Shown here: positions 23,270 to 36,171 of the stretch, one piece after another
Layout: the number at the start of each line of letters is the position of its first letter
Position numbering within the stretch: position 1 is the first letter of the stretch
Source: Chiloscyllium plagiosum
Taxonomy: Eukaryota
Direction: 5' to 3'
Assembly (NCBI RefSeq): GCF_004010195.1
Contig: NC_057754.1
Location: 10,920,911 to 10,984,910 of the forward strand
Length of the DNA: 64,000 bases
Program-made: the position numbers and the translations under genes
The notes under the pieces: model-generated
Told to the model about the DNA's origin: nothing
The model's input: the letters and a program-made list of their open reading frames with translations, nothing else
Databases searched by the model: none

Positions 23270-24860
23270 GTGTCATAGAGTTATACAGCACGGAAACAGA
23301 CACTTGGTCCAACTTGTCCACGTTGACCAAATATCTGAAACTGATTGAGTTCCATTTGGCCCATATCCCTCTCCACATTTCCTGTTCATGTACCCATCCA
23401 GATGACTTTAAAATGTTGTAATTGCACCTGTCTCCACTACCTCCTGAGGTCGCTTGTTTTATTCACGCACCACCGTCTTTGTGAAAAGATTGCCCCTCAG
23501 GTCCCTTTTAAATCTTGCCCCTCTCACTTTAAACCTATGCCCACTAGTTTTGAACTCCCCTACCCTGGGAATAAAGACATTTATCTCAATTAAACTCCAT
23601 CTGCCAGTTTTCAGCCCATTAGCCCAATCTGATCAAGGTCCAGTTGTACTCTGAGGTAAACTTCACTGTCCATTACACCTCCAATTTTAGTATCATATGC
23701 AAACTTATGAACTATACCTCCTATGTTCACATCCAAATCATTTATATAAATGACAAAAAGTAGTGGACCCAGCACCAATCCTTGTGGCACACAACTGGTC
23801 ACAGCCCTCCAGTCTGAAAAGCAACCCTCCACGATCATCCTCTGTCTTCTACCTTCAAGCCAGTTCTGTATCCAAATGGCTAGTTCTCCCTGTATTCCAT
23901 GAGATCTAACCTTGTTGACCAATCTCCCATGGGGAACCTTGTCAAACACCTTACTGAAGCCCATATAGATCACATCCACTGCTCTGCCCTCATGAATTCA
24001 CTTTGTTACTTCTTCAAAAAACTCCATCAAGTTCTTGTGACACAATTTCCCACGCACAAAGCCCAGCTGACTGTCCCTAATCAGTCCTTGTCTTTCCAAA
24101 TACATGTAAATCCTGTTCCTCAGGATTTCCTCCAACAATTTGCCCACCACCGATGTCAAGCTCACCAATCTTTCGTTCCCTGGCTTTTCTATACCACTTT
24201 TCTTTAATAGTGGCATCACATTAGCCAACCTCCAGTGATTTGGCACATCGACTGCGACTATCAACGATATAAATATTTCAGCAAGGGGCCCAGCAATCAC
24301 TTCCCTAGTTTCACATAGAGTTCTAGGGTATACCAGATCAGGTCCTGGGATATATCCACTTTTATACGTTTCAAGACATCCAGCACCGCCTCCTCTGTAA
24401 TATGGACATTTTTCAAGATGTCACCATCTATTTCCCTACATTCTATATCTTTCATGTCCTTCTCCACAACCCTGATGCAAAATCCTCATTTAGTATCTCG
24501 CCCATCGCCTGCAGCTCCACACATAGGCTGTCTTGCTGATCTTTGAGGGGACCTATTCTCTCTCTAATTACCCATTTGTCCTTAGTGTATTTATAAAAAC
24601 CCTTTGGATTCTCCTTAACCCTATTTGCCAAAGCTATCTCATGTCCCTTTTTGCCCTCTGATTTCCCTCTTCAGGATACTCCTACTGTCTTTACACTTTC
24701 ATCAAGAGTTCACTCGATCTCTCCTGTCATATGCTTCCTTCAATTTTTTAAGCGAAACCTCAATTTCTCTGGTCATCCAACAATCCTTACACCTACCAGC
24801 CTTTCCTTTCACTCTAACAGATTAACAGGAATATACTGTCTCTGGACTCTTGTTATCTCG
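23270..24860 (-). mobile_element. CR1 LINE ORF2, internally deleted
   Basis: DVIYMGFSKVFDKVPHGRL...[20 protein letters not shown]...KFAYDTKIGG. Confidence 0.92.
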
Positions 24861-25395
24861 AATATTGAGTGTAGTTGTGGTGTCCTTCCTATCGGGAGGA
24901 TGTTGTGATACTTGAAAGGGTTCAAAAAAGATTTACATGGATGTTGCCAGGGCTGGAGGATTTAAGCTATCAAGTAAGGCTGAACAGGCTGGGGCTGTTT
25001 TCCCTGGAGTGTCAGAGGCTGAGGGGTGACCCTGTAGAGGTTTATAAGATCATGAGGGGCATGATAAATAGACAAAGTCTTTTCCCTGGGGTGGGGGAGT
25101 CCAGAACTAGAGAGCATAGATTTGGGGTGAAAGGGGGAAAGATATAAAAAGGGTCTAAGGGGTAACTTTTTCATGCAGAGGGTGATGCATGTATAGAATG
25201 AGCTGCCAGAGGAAGTTGTGGAGGCTGGTACAATTGCAGCATTTAGAAGCATCTGGATTGGTGTATGAATAGGAAAGATTTAGGGGGATATGAGCTAAGT
25301 GCTGGCAAATGGGACTTGATTATGTTAGGATGTTTGGTCAGCATTGCCGAGTTGGACCGAAGGATATGTTTCGGTGCTGTACATCTCTATGACTC
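24860..25395 (+). mobile_element. CR1 LINE 3' end
   Basis: LERVQKRFTWMLPGLEDLSY...RLRGDPVEVYKIMRG. Confidence 0.9.
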
Positions 25396-25944
25396 GAAGA
25401 AAAATCTGCTGACACAGTCAAGGTTGGCCTTAATAGGTTAACGAGGAACCTTTATGAAATCGACCTGTGCACTGAGATATACTGTAGATGACTGCCTCTG
25501 GCTTTTTTTTTGAAAGGATAGCTAAGTATGAATGTTTGAGGGACAGCACGAAGAGACTGAATTGTTAACAATATGTTTAGAGAGAATACGGTCAGTGGAA
25601 CAAATTTGGGTCTCATGGACAAGACAAGCTCTGACAGAGGTAAACTGGAAAAAGCTGTGGGGTCAAGCACAGAGGAACTTGACAGGCAGTTTGATGCAGT
25701 GAGCTAGTGGGACAGGAGCAGTAGCAGTAGTTGATCAGATTGTCTCAATCTTAGTGGCGACTAAGCTCCTTGATCTCTTCACACTTGTTGTTGAAGGAAA
25801 GAAGGGAGAGGGAGAGTCTTCAAAAGGGACTTATTTGTGTTGGAGATATTAAAAAGACTCATGACGCTGGGTTTAACACAAAGCGAATTCATGCGAGTTT
25901 TATTCTGAATATTCACACCAAAAGCCGTTCATCAGGATTCCTGA

Positions 25945-26082
25945 TTCTATTCCTGATGAAGGGCTTTTGCCCAAAACATCAATTTTCCTGCTCCTCGGGT
26001 GCTGCCTGACCTGCTGTGCTTTACCAGCATCACTCTGATCTAAACTCTGGTTTCCAGCATCTGCAGTCCTCACTTTTGCCTA
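25945..26082 (+). mobile_element. Penelope family A pseudo-LTR, mutated core
   Basis: CTGATGAAGGGCTTTTGCCCAAAACATC plus tail. Confidence 0.8.
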
Positions 26083-26084
26083 CT

Positions 26085-26490
26085 CCACTTTGTGTGAACT
26101 CACTGGTATATGGTGAGGGCAAATGATTGTCTGAACCCAGTCCTGCAGTGAGAGCACATGAATTGTCTCTCCTCTGTATGAATTCATTGGTGGGAAAGTT
26201 ATAAATCTCACAACACCAGGTTATAGTCCAACAGGTTTAATTGGAAGCACTAGCTTTCAGAGCGCCACTCCTTCATCAGGTGGTTGTTGCACCACCTGAT
26301 GAAGGAGCGACGCTCTGAAAGCCCTGTGCTTCCAATTAAACCTGTTGGACTAAAACCTGGTGTTGTGTGATTTGTAACTTTGTACACCTCAGTCCAACCC
26401 CGGCATCTCCAAATCATGACTACATTGGTGGGAAATCATATCACTGAGATTTCCACAGCACTATTTCCAGTCTTGGCAGAGAAAGCTGAT
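26085..26490 (-). pseudogene. ZNF pseudogene fragment split by a Penelope insertion
   Basis: Minus strand [32 protein letters not shown]. Confidence 0.65.
26195..26421. mobile_element. Inverted Penelope family B pseudo-LTR pair, 13-bp TSD
   Basis: Arms 26195-26285 and ~26291-26381, ~40-nt one-sided tail; cattggtgggaaa at 26185-26197 and 26423-26435. Confidence 0.85.
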
Positions 26491-26493
26491 CAT

Positions 26494-26810
26494 GGGCGGC
26501 ATGGTAGCACAGTGATTAGCACTGCTGCTTCACAGCGTCAGAGACCCGGGTTCAATTCCTGCCTCAGGCGACTGACTGTGTGGAGTTTGTACATTCTCCC
26601 TGTGTCTGAGTGGGTTTCCTCCGCGTGCTCCGGTTTCCTCCCACAGTCCAAAAATGTGCAGGTTAGGTGAATTGACCATGCTAAATTGCCTGTAGTGTTA
26701 GGTGAAGGGGTAAATGTAGGGGAATGGGTCTGGGTGGGTTGCGCTTCAGCGGGTCGGTGTGGACTTGTTGGGCCAAAGGGCCTGTTCCCACACTGTAAAT
26801 AATCTAATCA
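26494..26810 (+). mobile_element. HE1-type SINE, full length
   Basis: A-box-like tggtagcacagtg, B-box ggttcaattcc, (taatc)n tail. Confidence 0.92.
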
Positions 26811-26999
26811 AATTGTCTTGATCTCAGTGACAACAAAGCTCTTCACACTTCTTGTTAAAAGGTGAAGATAGGGGGTGGGGAGCTGGAGAACAATTTAGAA
26901 TACACTGTGTAAGAAACAGACATCAATAAATACGGTTCATTCCTGGGTGTGATTAATCGCTGTAGTTAGTTAACTAACTAATCGCTGTAGTTAGTTGTG

Positions 27000-27475
27000 A
27001 AATCTCTGGTCATTCAGCAGGTGGGATGACTCACTGAATTCCTTCCCACTTTCAGAGCAGGTGTGTGACTTCTCCCTTGTGTGAACTTGATGGCGCACTG
27101 TGAGGTAAGATGATCGTCTAAATGCAGCTCCATAGTCAGAGCACCTGAACGGTCTCAAAAGTGTGAGGAAGCATCAGCCTTCCAGAACCTTTATAGCACT
27201 TCCCAACTGAAAGGCATTTAAAAGGTCTCTTGTCAGTGTGAACTGGCTAGTCTGTCCCCAGGTTTGATGAATTGATAAATTTCTTCCTATACTCCCAAGC
27301 TGAATGGTCTCTTCGCAGTGTCACCACAGTCACCACATTTCCACGGTTTCTCATCAGTATGAACATGTCTATGTTCTGACAGGCCGGTTGATTGGTTGAA
27401 GCCTTGTCCACATGCAGATTCAGTGTTCAGTTCCTCCTTATTGTGAATTGTGCTTTCTCCTTCCATGTTCAACAT
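27000..27475 (-). pseudogene. C2H2 ZNF pseudogene paralogous to 37741-38466
   Basis: N-terminus [10 protein letters not shown] mirrors [25 protein letters not shown] then deletion/frameshift; degenerate fingers further on. Confidence 0.8.
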
Positions 27476-28169
27476 TCAGTGACATTCAGGCTGTGGTATG
27501 TTTGGCAATTATCTCAAATCCTGATGTAATGTCTGAGTTCAGTTTCTTGAATGCAAAACCTCCTCTTCTAAAAACTTTGCAAGCCTTATTTAGACAGAAC
27601 AAAGGGAGTGAAACAGAAACCATTTAATCAAAAAAGCAGGCTATGAAATGTGGAGTAGGTGAAGCTTGTAATTTGCACAGTAGAAGTTAACAGCAGTGCA
27701 CAAAAAACAATTTATTGCCATTAATGATTCAGTGGGAAGGTAAGGTTGGTAAGTCAACAGCACACAGTCAGGGGATAGGCAGTGGTGGAAACCTAATTGA
27801 GGCACAATTAGCAGAACTAACAGTAAAATACAAAATAGAACTAAAGTACAACCATTATCAGGGACTGAAGAAGTTATATAATGGCAGAGGAGGATCTGGG
27901 AGGCAGATGCAAAATACAGCAATGATGGACATGGATTCAGATCCAGAGTCTTTACTAGCCACACTAGCTCCAGACCGTGCAATCTCTCACAGATAACAGA
28001 ACACAGTACTAAAAACTTGAACTTCCTCCCGAATAATCAAAAATGCTCAGCTCTGAAACAATTTCACTGCTTTCAATATGACAGTCTCCTGCTGTTGCTT
28101 GCAACTGGAAAGATGTCAGAATCTCTGGAAAGAGAGGAACAAGTTTGAGACATTACCCTGTATTCCATG

Positions 28170-28720
28170 AATTTTCACTTTGGAACCAGTTTGCCATATG
28201 GGACCTTGTCAAATGCCTTAACAACATCCTTACAGACAACATTCACTTCACTACCCACATGGATGCTCCTTGTCAATTCCTCAAATAATTCACTCAAATT
28301 TGTTAAGCATGGCCTTCCCTTAACAAAGCAATGCTGATTATCCCTGACTAGTCCATGCATTTTAAGTGACACTTTATCTGATCTCTCAGGAATTATTCTT
28401 ACAATTTGCTCAGCAGCAAAGTAAGACTGATTGGCCGAGAGTAGTTTGGTGTTTCCTTTGTACATTTTTTTGAAAAAACAAAACCACATTTCATTCCTGT
28501 AGTCCCTCACCTGTGTTGAGTGAAGATCTGAACATAATCCTCACAGCATTTGCTATTTCTTCCCTGATCATCCTAGGGAACCATCCAGCTGTTCTGCTGA
28601 TTTTTCCACTTTCAATGATTCCAGCTCCTCTAACACTTCCTCTCATTATTATTATTGTCTAATATTTGACACTACTCCTCTTGGATGATTATATCCACAT
28701 CATCCTTTTCTTTTATGAGC
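28170..28720 (-). mobile_element. Old CR1 RT fragment
   Basis: QHCFVKGRPCLTNL...KAFDKVPYGKL. Confidence 0.8.
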
Positions 28721-28854
28721 CGTGCAGTTGGTGTGTTTAAACCAAAAGGTGCCATCAGACTCTGTTGCTCTGTGACAGGGGAATGAAGCATGAGTGAGGG
28801 AACATCACCTCCTTCCACATTGTGGACAAATCTTTTATGGAGTTAGGTTAGACC

Positions 28855-29152
28855 GATTAGATAAGATTCCCTATAGTGTGGAAACAGGCCCTTCAGCCTA
28901 ACCAGTCCACACCGACAGTCCAGTCCGAAGAGTAACCCACCCAGACCCATTTCCCTTCCTAATGCACCTAACACTATGGACAATTCACCTGACCTGCACA
29001 TCTTTGGACTGTGGGAAGAAACCGGAGCACCCGGAGGAAACCCACGCAGACACAGGGAGAATGTGCAAACTCCACACTGACAGTCGTCCAAGGCTGGAAT
29101 TGAACCTGGTGCTGTGAGGCAGCAGTGCTAACCACTGAGTCACCGTGCCGCC
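28855..29152 (-). mobile_element. HE1-type SINE
   Basis: Ends gtgctaaccactgagtcaccgtgccgccc, the reverse complement of the HE1 head. Confidence 0.9.
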
Positions 29153-29159
29153 CTTAAAG

Positions 29160-29356
29160 TAAAGCTACTATAGTCCTAGGGGACCATAGGACTTCTCCCT
29201 AGGGGACAGAGAATGGTGGTTTTAACTGGAAGATCACCAGGGGAAAGAGGCCAAGGAGAAAGGTCCATTATAATAGACCCAGTCGATACTGGAATTGAAC
29301 CCACACTGTTGGTATTATTCTGCATTGCAAATCAACCATCCAGCCAACTGAGCCAA
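29160..29356 (-). mobile_element. Second tRNA-derived SINE family (also at 63616-63838)
   Basis: Minus strand ggctcagttggctggatggttg...ggttcaattcc matches the head at 63616. Confidence 0.6.
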
Positions 29357-29376
29357 GGTTAGATTGAGAAATTAAG

Positions 29377-29448
29377 CTGCAGTGACGTGATTTGAACACA
29401 CCATGGTCTGATCTGGAGTCAGACACGCTTCCGTTGCGCCACAGTTAT
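29377..29448 (-). pseudogene. tRNA-Trp(CCA) pseudogene
   Basis: Minus strand GTGGCGCAACGGAAGCGTGTCTGACT-CCA-GATCAGA...GTGTTCAAATCACGTC matches vertebrate tRNA-Trp; anticodon and T arms can pair, acceptor stem cannot. Confidence 0.85.
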
Positions 29449-29639
29449 CAACAAGTGACATCTTCTCCAAATTTGACTCAAAACAAGGACACAGCAGCTG
29501 GAGCTTTCTCCTGATTTATGAACGGTGATAACATTCATACCTCATTGTGGATTTCACCAATGCAAGCGATTGCTGTTTGCCAGAGGCAAAAAGAATGTTT
29601 CTTCACGAAGACTAAACTTGCACACAGTCTCCAGACACG

Positions 29640-30260
29640 GTCTCACAAATTCCTGCACAGCTGCTTGCTCCTTGCTCCTATACTCAAACCCTCTTGCAGT
29701 GCCTTCTTGTCTGCTGTAACTACATGCTTGCTTGAATGACTGATGTACAAGCACATCCAGGTCCCTTTGTACATCAACATTTCCAAACCTACCATCATTT
29801 CAAAATAACTTTGCCATCCTGAATTTTTCACCAAAGTGGATAAATTCACACTGAAACTGCAACTGCCATGCATTTACCACTCACCCAAATTGACTAAATC
29901 ACTCTGAAGCCTCTTTGTGTCCTGCTCACTCACAATCCCCCTAGTTTTGTATCAACAAACTTGAAAATATTACATTGGATTCCCTCATCCAAATCGTTGA
30001 TGTATGATCCTTGTTGTGTCTTACTTGTCAAAGCCTTACACTCCGAAAAAAAATCATTTATTTCTACTCTGTTTCCTGTCTGCTAATCCATTCACAATCC
30101 ACATCATTAGATTCTGAACAATCCTGTCTACTTTCATTTTACACACTAACCTCTTAAGCAAGACTTTACCAAGTTATTTGAAAATTCAAACAACCCTATC
30201 TACCGATTCTATTAATTACATCCTCAAAAAACTTCAGTGGATTTATCAAACATGATTTGA
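29640..30260 (-). mobile_element. Old CR1 RT fragment
   Basis: Minus-strand remnants of INDLDEG...KFVDTKL and EGLSIGAR regions; heavily decayed. Confidence 0.7.
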
Positions 30261-32010
30261 CTCATCCTAAATTGACAGACTGTCGCTCCAGGAGAAGATC
30301 CTCTGACTTGCTCAGTCCCCTCCACACTGTGCAGTCAAAATTCACAGACATGGTCCATGGCAGCACTTACTCCAGAACACCTGAGACTGCAATAATGCTG
30401 ATCCAAGCAGCACTGCCCACATTCCATGAATGAATACACAAAACTAAGTACCCTGTTCAGTAATGCCTTAATTTTAAAATTTCCATCCTTGCTTTCAAAT
30501 TCGTCCATGGTCTTTCCTTTCTATTTCCATGTGCTCCATATTTTTCCCCACAGACAGAACAGACAAATCTCAATCCTTCTCAGTCGAGGACAGATCATAT
30601 TCACCTTCTCTTTCATCAAATGACTCTTTCTGTATTTGGTGTCGCTCTTCTTTCATAAGAAAATTCACAAACCCTGTGCTGATTGGGTGCAGTTCTGGTC
30701 ACCATAAATGAAGGGAAGAGATTTTACACAGTTCCCTTCCCTCCTACACTCACTGTCCTGCTTCTCGCTCTGGCTCAAGCTGGCAGCCAGTTGCCCTGGA
30801 AACCTTGGCTCCACGAGGGAGAGGGGAAACAAAGGTTGGTGCAAGGCTCCTGTGTCTGCGCCATGGGCATCTGTTGACGTGACCACAACACTACCTATTG
30901 GCTGCTTCTGGTATGCCCCATAATGAACATCACAATGCAGAAGTTGTCCAGCAAAGTTCAGACTGAATCTTCATTCTTTGTGCAACATTTGGGAGCAAAG
31001 CAATGTAGAGTAGAGTAGCTTGTATTTGTCATTTCTCCCATGTACAACTGATACAGTAAAAAAAAGACAGCGTTCCTCCAGGACCGACGGTGCTACATGG
31101 AGAGCACAAACTACACAATCATACATGGCTTAAAGTGCAGAAGAAGTGCAAAACACGCAAGTCACAATGTAATAGAAGAATGATAAATAATAGACATTTT
31201 TCAAGCAGCAATTTGAAGTCGTGCAAAGCATTTCAGATGGGAAAGAGTCCGCTTATACTGTGTTAAGGAGCCTGATGGCTTGGGGAAAGAAACTGTTGCA
31301 CAGTCTGCCGTGAGAGACAGAATGCTCCAGTATCTTCTGCCATTTGGCAGGAGGGAGTACAGTTTGAGTGAGGGATGTGTGTGGGGTCTTCCACAATGCT
31401 CTTAGCCTTTCAGATGCAGCGTGTGATGTAAATGTCTGTAATGAGGGAAGAGAGACCCCGAAGACCTTCTCCGTTGTCCTCAGTAACCGTTGTAGGGTCT
31501 TACGATCTGAGACGGTGCAACTCCCAAAACAGACAGTGATGCAGCTCAGGTACTCTCAATGATCCCTCTGTAGAATGTGGTGAGGATGGGGAGGTGGGCT
31601 TTCCTCAGCCTATGCAGAAAGTAGGGATGCTGCTGGGCTTTCTTGGCTATGAAGCTGTTATGGAGGGATCAGGTGAGATTGTCCGCCAAGTGTACACCAA
31701 GAAATTTGGTGCTTTGCACGATCTCCACAGGGCAGCTGTTGATGTCCAGCAGAGAGTGGTCACCCCGTGCCATCCTGAAGTCAACAACCATCTCTTTCAT
31801 CTTGTCCACATTCAGAGAGAGGTTGTTGGCTCTGCACCAGTCCGTTAGACACTTCACCTCCTCTCTGGATGCTGATTCATCATTTGTGCTAATGAGACCC
31901 ACTACAGTCGACATGTGCATTGCTGCACAGTCGTGTGTCAGCAGCGTGAAACAGCAGCGGACTGAGCACACAGCCCTGGGGACCCCTGTGCTCAGTGTGA
32001 TGGTGATGGC

Positions 32011-33728
32011 AATAAAGAACAAAAAAGATTTACAGCCTTGGAACAGACCCTTTGGCCCTCCAAGCCTGAGCCAATCCAAATCCACTGTCTAAACGTATCG
32101 CCCAATTCCTAAGGATCTGTATTCTTCTGCTCCCCACCTACCCATGCATCTGTCTAGATGCACCTTAAATGAATCTACTGTGCCTGCTGGCAATGCGTTC
32201 CAGGCACCTACCACCCTAATGTGTAAACTATTTTCCTCATGTATCCCCCTTAAAGATTTCATCTCTCACTTTGAATGCATGACATCTCGTTATTGAATCC
32301 CTCATCCTGGGAAAAAGCTTATCTCTATCTACCCTGTCTATACCCTTCCTGACTTTGCAGATCTTAATCAGGTGCCCCATCAATCTCCTTTTTTCTAATG
32401 AAAACAATGCTAATCTACTCAACCTCTCTTCATAGCTCGTACCTTCCATACCAGGCAACATCCTCATAAACCTCTGCACCCTCTCCAAAGCGTCCACATC
32501 CTTTTGGTAATGTGGCGACCAGAACTGTACACAGTATTCTAAATGTGGCTGAACCAAAGTCTTGTACAGTTTTAACATGACCTGCCAGCCCTTATACTCA
32601 ATACCCCGTACGATGAAGGCAAACATACCATATGTTTGTGGGCGGCACGGTGGCACAGTAGTTAGCACTGCTGCCTCACAGCGCCAGAGACCCGGGTTCA
32701 ATTCCCGCCTCAGGCGACTGACTGTGTGGAGTTTGCACATTCTCCCCGTGTCTGCGTGGGTTTCCTCCGGGTGCTCCGGTTTCCTCCCACAGTCCAAAGA
32801 TGTGCAGGTTAGGTGAATTGGCCATGCTAAATTGCCCGTAGTGTTAGGTAAGGGGTAAATGTAGGGTTATGGGTGGGTTGCGCTTCGGCGGGTCGATGTG
32901 GACTTGTTGGGCCGAAGGGCCTGTTTCCACACTGTAATCTAATCTAATCTAATAAAAAAAATGTCTTCTTGACCACTCTATCAACCTGTGCAGCCACCTT
33001 CAGGGTACAATGGACCTGAACTCCCAGATCTTTCTGTTCATCAGCTTTTCCCAAGGCTCTTCCGTTTACAGTATAGTTCGCTCTAGAATTAGACTTCCCA
33101 AAATGCATCACCTCATATTTTCCTGGATTGAACTCCATTTGCCACCTCTCTGCCCAACTCCCCAGTCGATCTATATTCTGCTGTATAATTTGACAGTCCC
33201 CTTTGCTTTCTGCTCATCCACCAAACTTCGTGTCATCTGCAAACTTACTGATCAGACCAACAATTTCCTCTTCCAGATCATTATGCATATCACAAACAAC
33301 AGTGGCCCCAGCACTGATCCCTGTGGAACACCACTGGTCACCTTTCTCCATTTTGAGAAACTCCCTTCAACTACTACCCTCTGTCTCCTGTTGCTCACCC
33401 TCTTCATCCACCTAGCAAGAACACCCTGCATACCATGTGACTTCACTTTCTCCATTAGTTTACCATGGGGAATCTTATCAAATGCCTTCATGTATATGAC
33501 ATCTACAGCCCTTTCTTCATCTATCAACTTGGTCACTTCCTCAAAGAACTCTATTAAGTTGGTAAGGCACGATCCCTCCCACACAAAACCATGTTGCTGA
33601 TCATTGATAAATCCATTCTTTTCCAAATATAAGTAGATTTTATCCCTCAGTATCTTCTCCAGCAACTTTCCCACCACTGGCATCAGGCTCACTGCTCTGT
33701 AGTTACCTGGAATATCCTTACTACCCTT
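32011..33728 (-). mobile_element. CR1 LINE RT/3' end nested in Rex1
   Basis: [21 protein letters not shown]...[33 protein letters not shown]. Confidence 0.92.
32640..32950 (+). mobile_element. HE1-type SINE, full length, young, nested in CR1
   Basis: gggcggcacggtggcacag...gggttcaattcccgcc head, CpGs retained, (aatct)n tail. Confidence 0.95.
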
Positions 33729-34429
33729 GCTGTTCCCAATCCAGATTGACTGAGGTCTCCCAGTCAGGAAGTCCAGGATCCAGTTACAAAGAGAGGTATT
33801 TAGGCCTCATCACAAGCCTCTCGTAGCACTTCATGATATTGAATGTAAGTGCAACAGGGTGATAGTTGTTGAGACAGGACGCTGAAGACTTCTTTGGCAC
33901 GGGGGTGATGGTAGCACGTTGGAACTATGGTGCAGCTCAGGGAGATGTTAACGATGTCCATGAGAACATCTGCCAGTATATCAGCTGAGCACTCTGCCAA
34001 GGATGTTACCTGGTCCAACAGCCTTATGTGGGTTAACTCTGCACAGGGTTTTCCACACGTTGGCCGTGGTAAGACACGGCCGTGGTCATTGGGAGGGGGC
34101 TGGATTTCCTCGCTGCCACAACATTTTGTGTCTCAAACCATGCACAAAAAGTTGTTCAACTCATCTGGGAGGGAGGCAACACCAGAACAAGCAGGCAATG
34201 CTGTTGTGGTTGGTGATGGCCTGGATGCCCTTCCACATGCTCTGCGTAGCACCGCTATTCTGAAAGTTACTGTATATTCTCTGTACGTATGGATGCTTTG
34301 CCTCTTTGGTGTCTCCCCTTTTCCATTTCGTTTCTCTTCTGGGAGGGAGGGGGACTACTGTTCACATGCAGCAACTTCAGGGAGAGGATGTGAATCCAGG
34401 AAGGGAGATTCTCTGGAAATATTGAATCA

Positions 34430-34737
34430 TAGAACCTCTACAGTGTGGAAACAGGTCATTTGGGCCAACAAGTACACACTGACCCTCGTAAAAATAACCC
34501 ATTCCCCTACCCCATTACTCTACATTTACCCCTGATCAGTACACCTAACCTACATATCCCTGAACACAATGGGCAATTTAACATGCCCAATTCACTTAAC
34601 CTGGATTGTGGGAGGAAACCAGACCACTTGGAGGAAACCCACACAGACATGGGGAGAATATGCCAACTCCACACAGTTGCCCCAGGCTGAAAGCATACCT
34701 GGGTCCCTGGCACTGTGAGGCAGCAATACTAACCATG
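34430..34737 (-). mobile_element. HE1-type SINE
   Basis: Reverse-complement match to other HE1 copies. Confidence 0.8.
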
Positions 34738-34767
34738 GTTTTAGGTATGTCTTTCTTAGATAAATTT

Positions 34768-35260
34768 AGAACTGAAGATGCTGGAATCCAAAGTAGACAA
34801 GCAGGAGGCTGGAGATGCACAGCAAGCCTGGCAGCATCAGGAAGTGGAGAAGTCAATGCTTTTGGGTATAGCCCTTCTTCACAAAAGGAGGTGGGGGTAG
34901 GGGGAGCAACAGATAAAGAGAGGGGCAGAGTGGTGAGGTAGTGATAGGTGAATATGGGTGGTAGGTACCACCTGCTAGGTTGATAGGAGGAATGAATCCA
35001 GTTGGTAGCTGGAAGGAGGGATTGGTCAGAGGAATGGGAGGGACGAGGCGAGTTTGGAAAGGTAGTTCGGGATGGGTGAGAAGGTTATTTCAAATTGGAG
35101 AACGCAATGTTGAGCCCTTTGGGCTGCCTGCTGCTCAGGTGAAAGATGAGATATTATCCCTCCAATTTGCTGTCTGATTCACTATGGCAATGGAGGAGAC
35201 TGAGGATGGACATGCTGGAGAGGGAGTGGGAACAGGAATTGAAATGGGCGGTGACCGGGA
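34768..35260 (-). mobile_element. Penelope-like element 3' end (endonuclease C-terminus + family A-like repeat)
   Basis: Minus 35213->35087 reads MSILSLLHCHSESDSKLEG*YLIFHLSSRQPKGLNIAFSNLK*, with the PxGLN ending typical of PLE GIY-YIG domains. Confidence 0.8.
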
Positions 35261-35261
35261 G

Positions 35262-35550
35262 TGAATATTATGCACAATTCGGGTGTCCTTCCTATCAGAA
35301 GGGTGTTGTGAAACTTGAAAGGGTTCAGAAAAGATTTACAAGGATGTTGCCAGGGTTGGAGTATTTGAGCTTTTGGGAGAGGCTGAATAAGCTGGGGCTG
35401 CTTTCCTGGGAGCATTGGGGGCTGAGGGGTGACCTTAGGGAGGTTTATAAAATCATGAGGGACATGGACAGGATAAATAGACAAAGTCTTTTCCCTGGGG
35501 TAAGGGAGTCCAGAACTAGAGGGCATAGGTTTAGGGTGAGAGGGGAAAGA
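35262..35550 (+). mobile_element. CR1 LINE fragment
   Basis: VVKLERVQKRFTRMLPGLEYLSF. Confidence 0.88.
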
Positions 35551-35711
35551 CACAATGTAGGATATACTTCACCTGACAGTAGAGGTTTCCCAATATTTAA
35601 GCCCGCCAGACTATTCAAAATCTCTCTCTCAGCTAATTTCTTTAAATTTGATGACAGTCCTTCTTTCTGATTCGTCTCTCTCACGAGGGAACACTGACAC
35701 ATAATATTCAT

Positions 35712-36171
35712 GTAGGTTTGCTCGGTGAGCTGTAGGTTTGATATCCAGACATTTCATTACCTGGCTAGGTAACATCATCAGTGGCGACCTCCAAGTGAAG
35801 CGAAGCTGTTGTCTCCTGCTTTCTATTTATATGTTTGTCCTGGATGGGGTTCCTGGGGTTTGAGGTGATGTCATTTCCTGTTCATTCCTAGAGGCCTGGC
35901 ACTCCAACCACAACGCCATAAACAAAGACATAGATCTTAGATACCATCTATCAACCCCTCAGAAAACAAACAGGAAATGACATCACCACAAACCCCAGGA
36001 ACCCCATCCAGGTCATACATGTAAATGGAAAGCAGGAGACAACAGCTTCGCTTCACTTGGAGGTTGCCACTGATGATGTTACCCAGCCAGGTAATGAAAC
36101 ATCTGGATATCAAACCTACACCTCAGCGAGCAAACCTGCACCCTAAACCTCAACCTGAGATACAAACCTTG
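35712..36171. mobile_element. Inverted Penelope family C pseudo-LTR pair around an endonuclease C-terminal remnant, 14-bp TSD
   Basis: ~170-bp arms 35712-35882 and ~35969-36139; centre encodes FLEAWHSNHNAINKDIDL; cacataatattcat at 35698-35711 and 36172-36185; hammerhead motif in each arm. Confidence 0.9.

Larger units (their letters stand above)
31005..34430 (-). mobile_element. Rex1/Babar-type LINE interrupted by CR1 (32011-33728)
   Basis: LSTGVP...LLTHDC...TVVGLISTNDESASREEVKCLTDWCRANNLSLNVDKMKEMVVDFR, continuing beyond the CR1 as [17 protein letters not shown]. Confidence 0.88.

Noticed and set aside
32640..32710. tRNA-like A/B boxes as a tRNA gene
   Set aside because: Head of an HE1 SINE, followed by SINE body and tail.
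33010..34535. 196-aa and 202-aa plus-strand ORFs
   Set aside because: Antisense readings of CR1 and Rex1 reverse transcriptase remnants.
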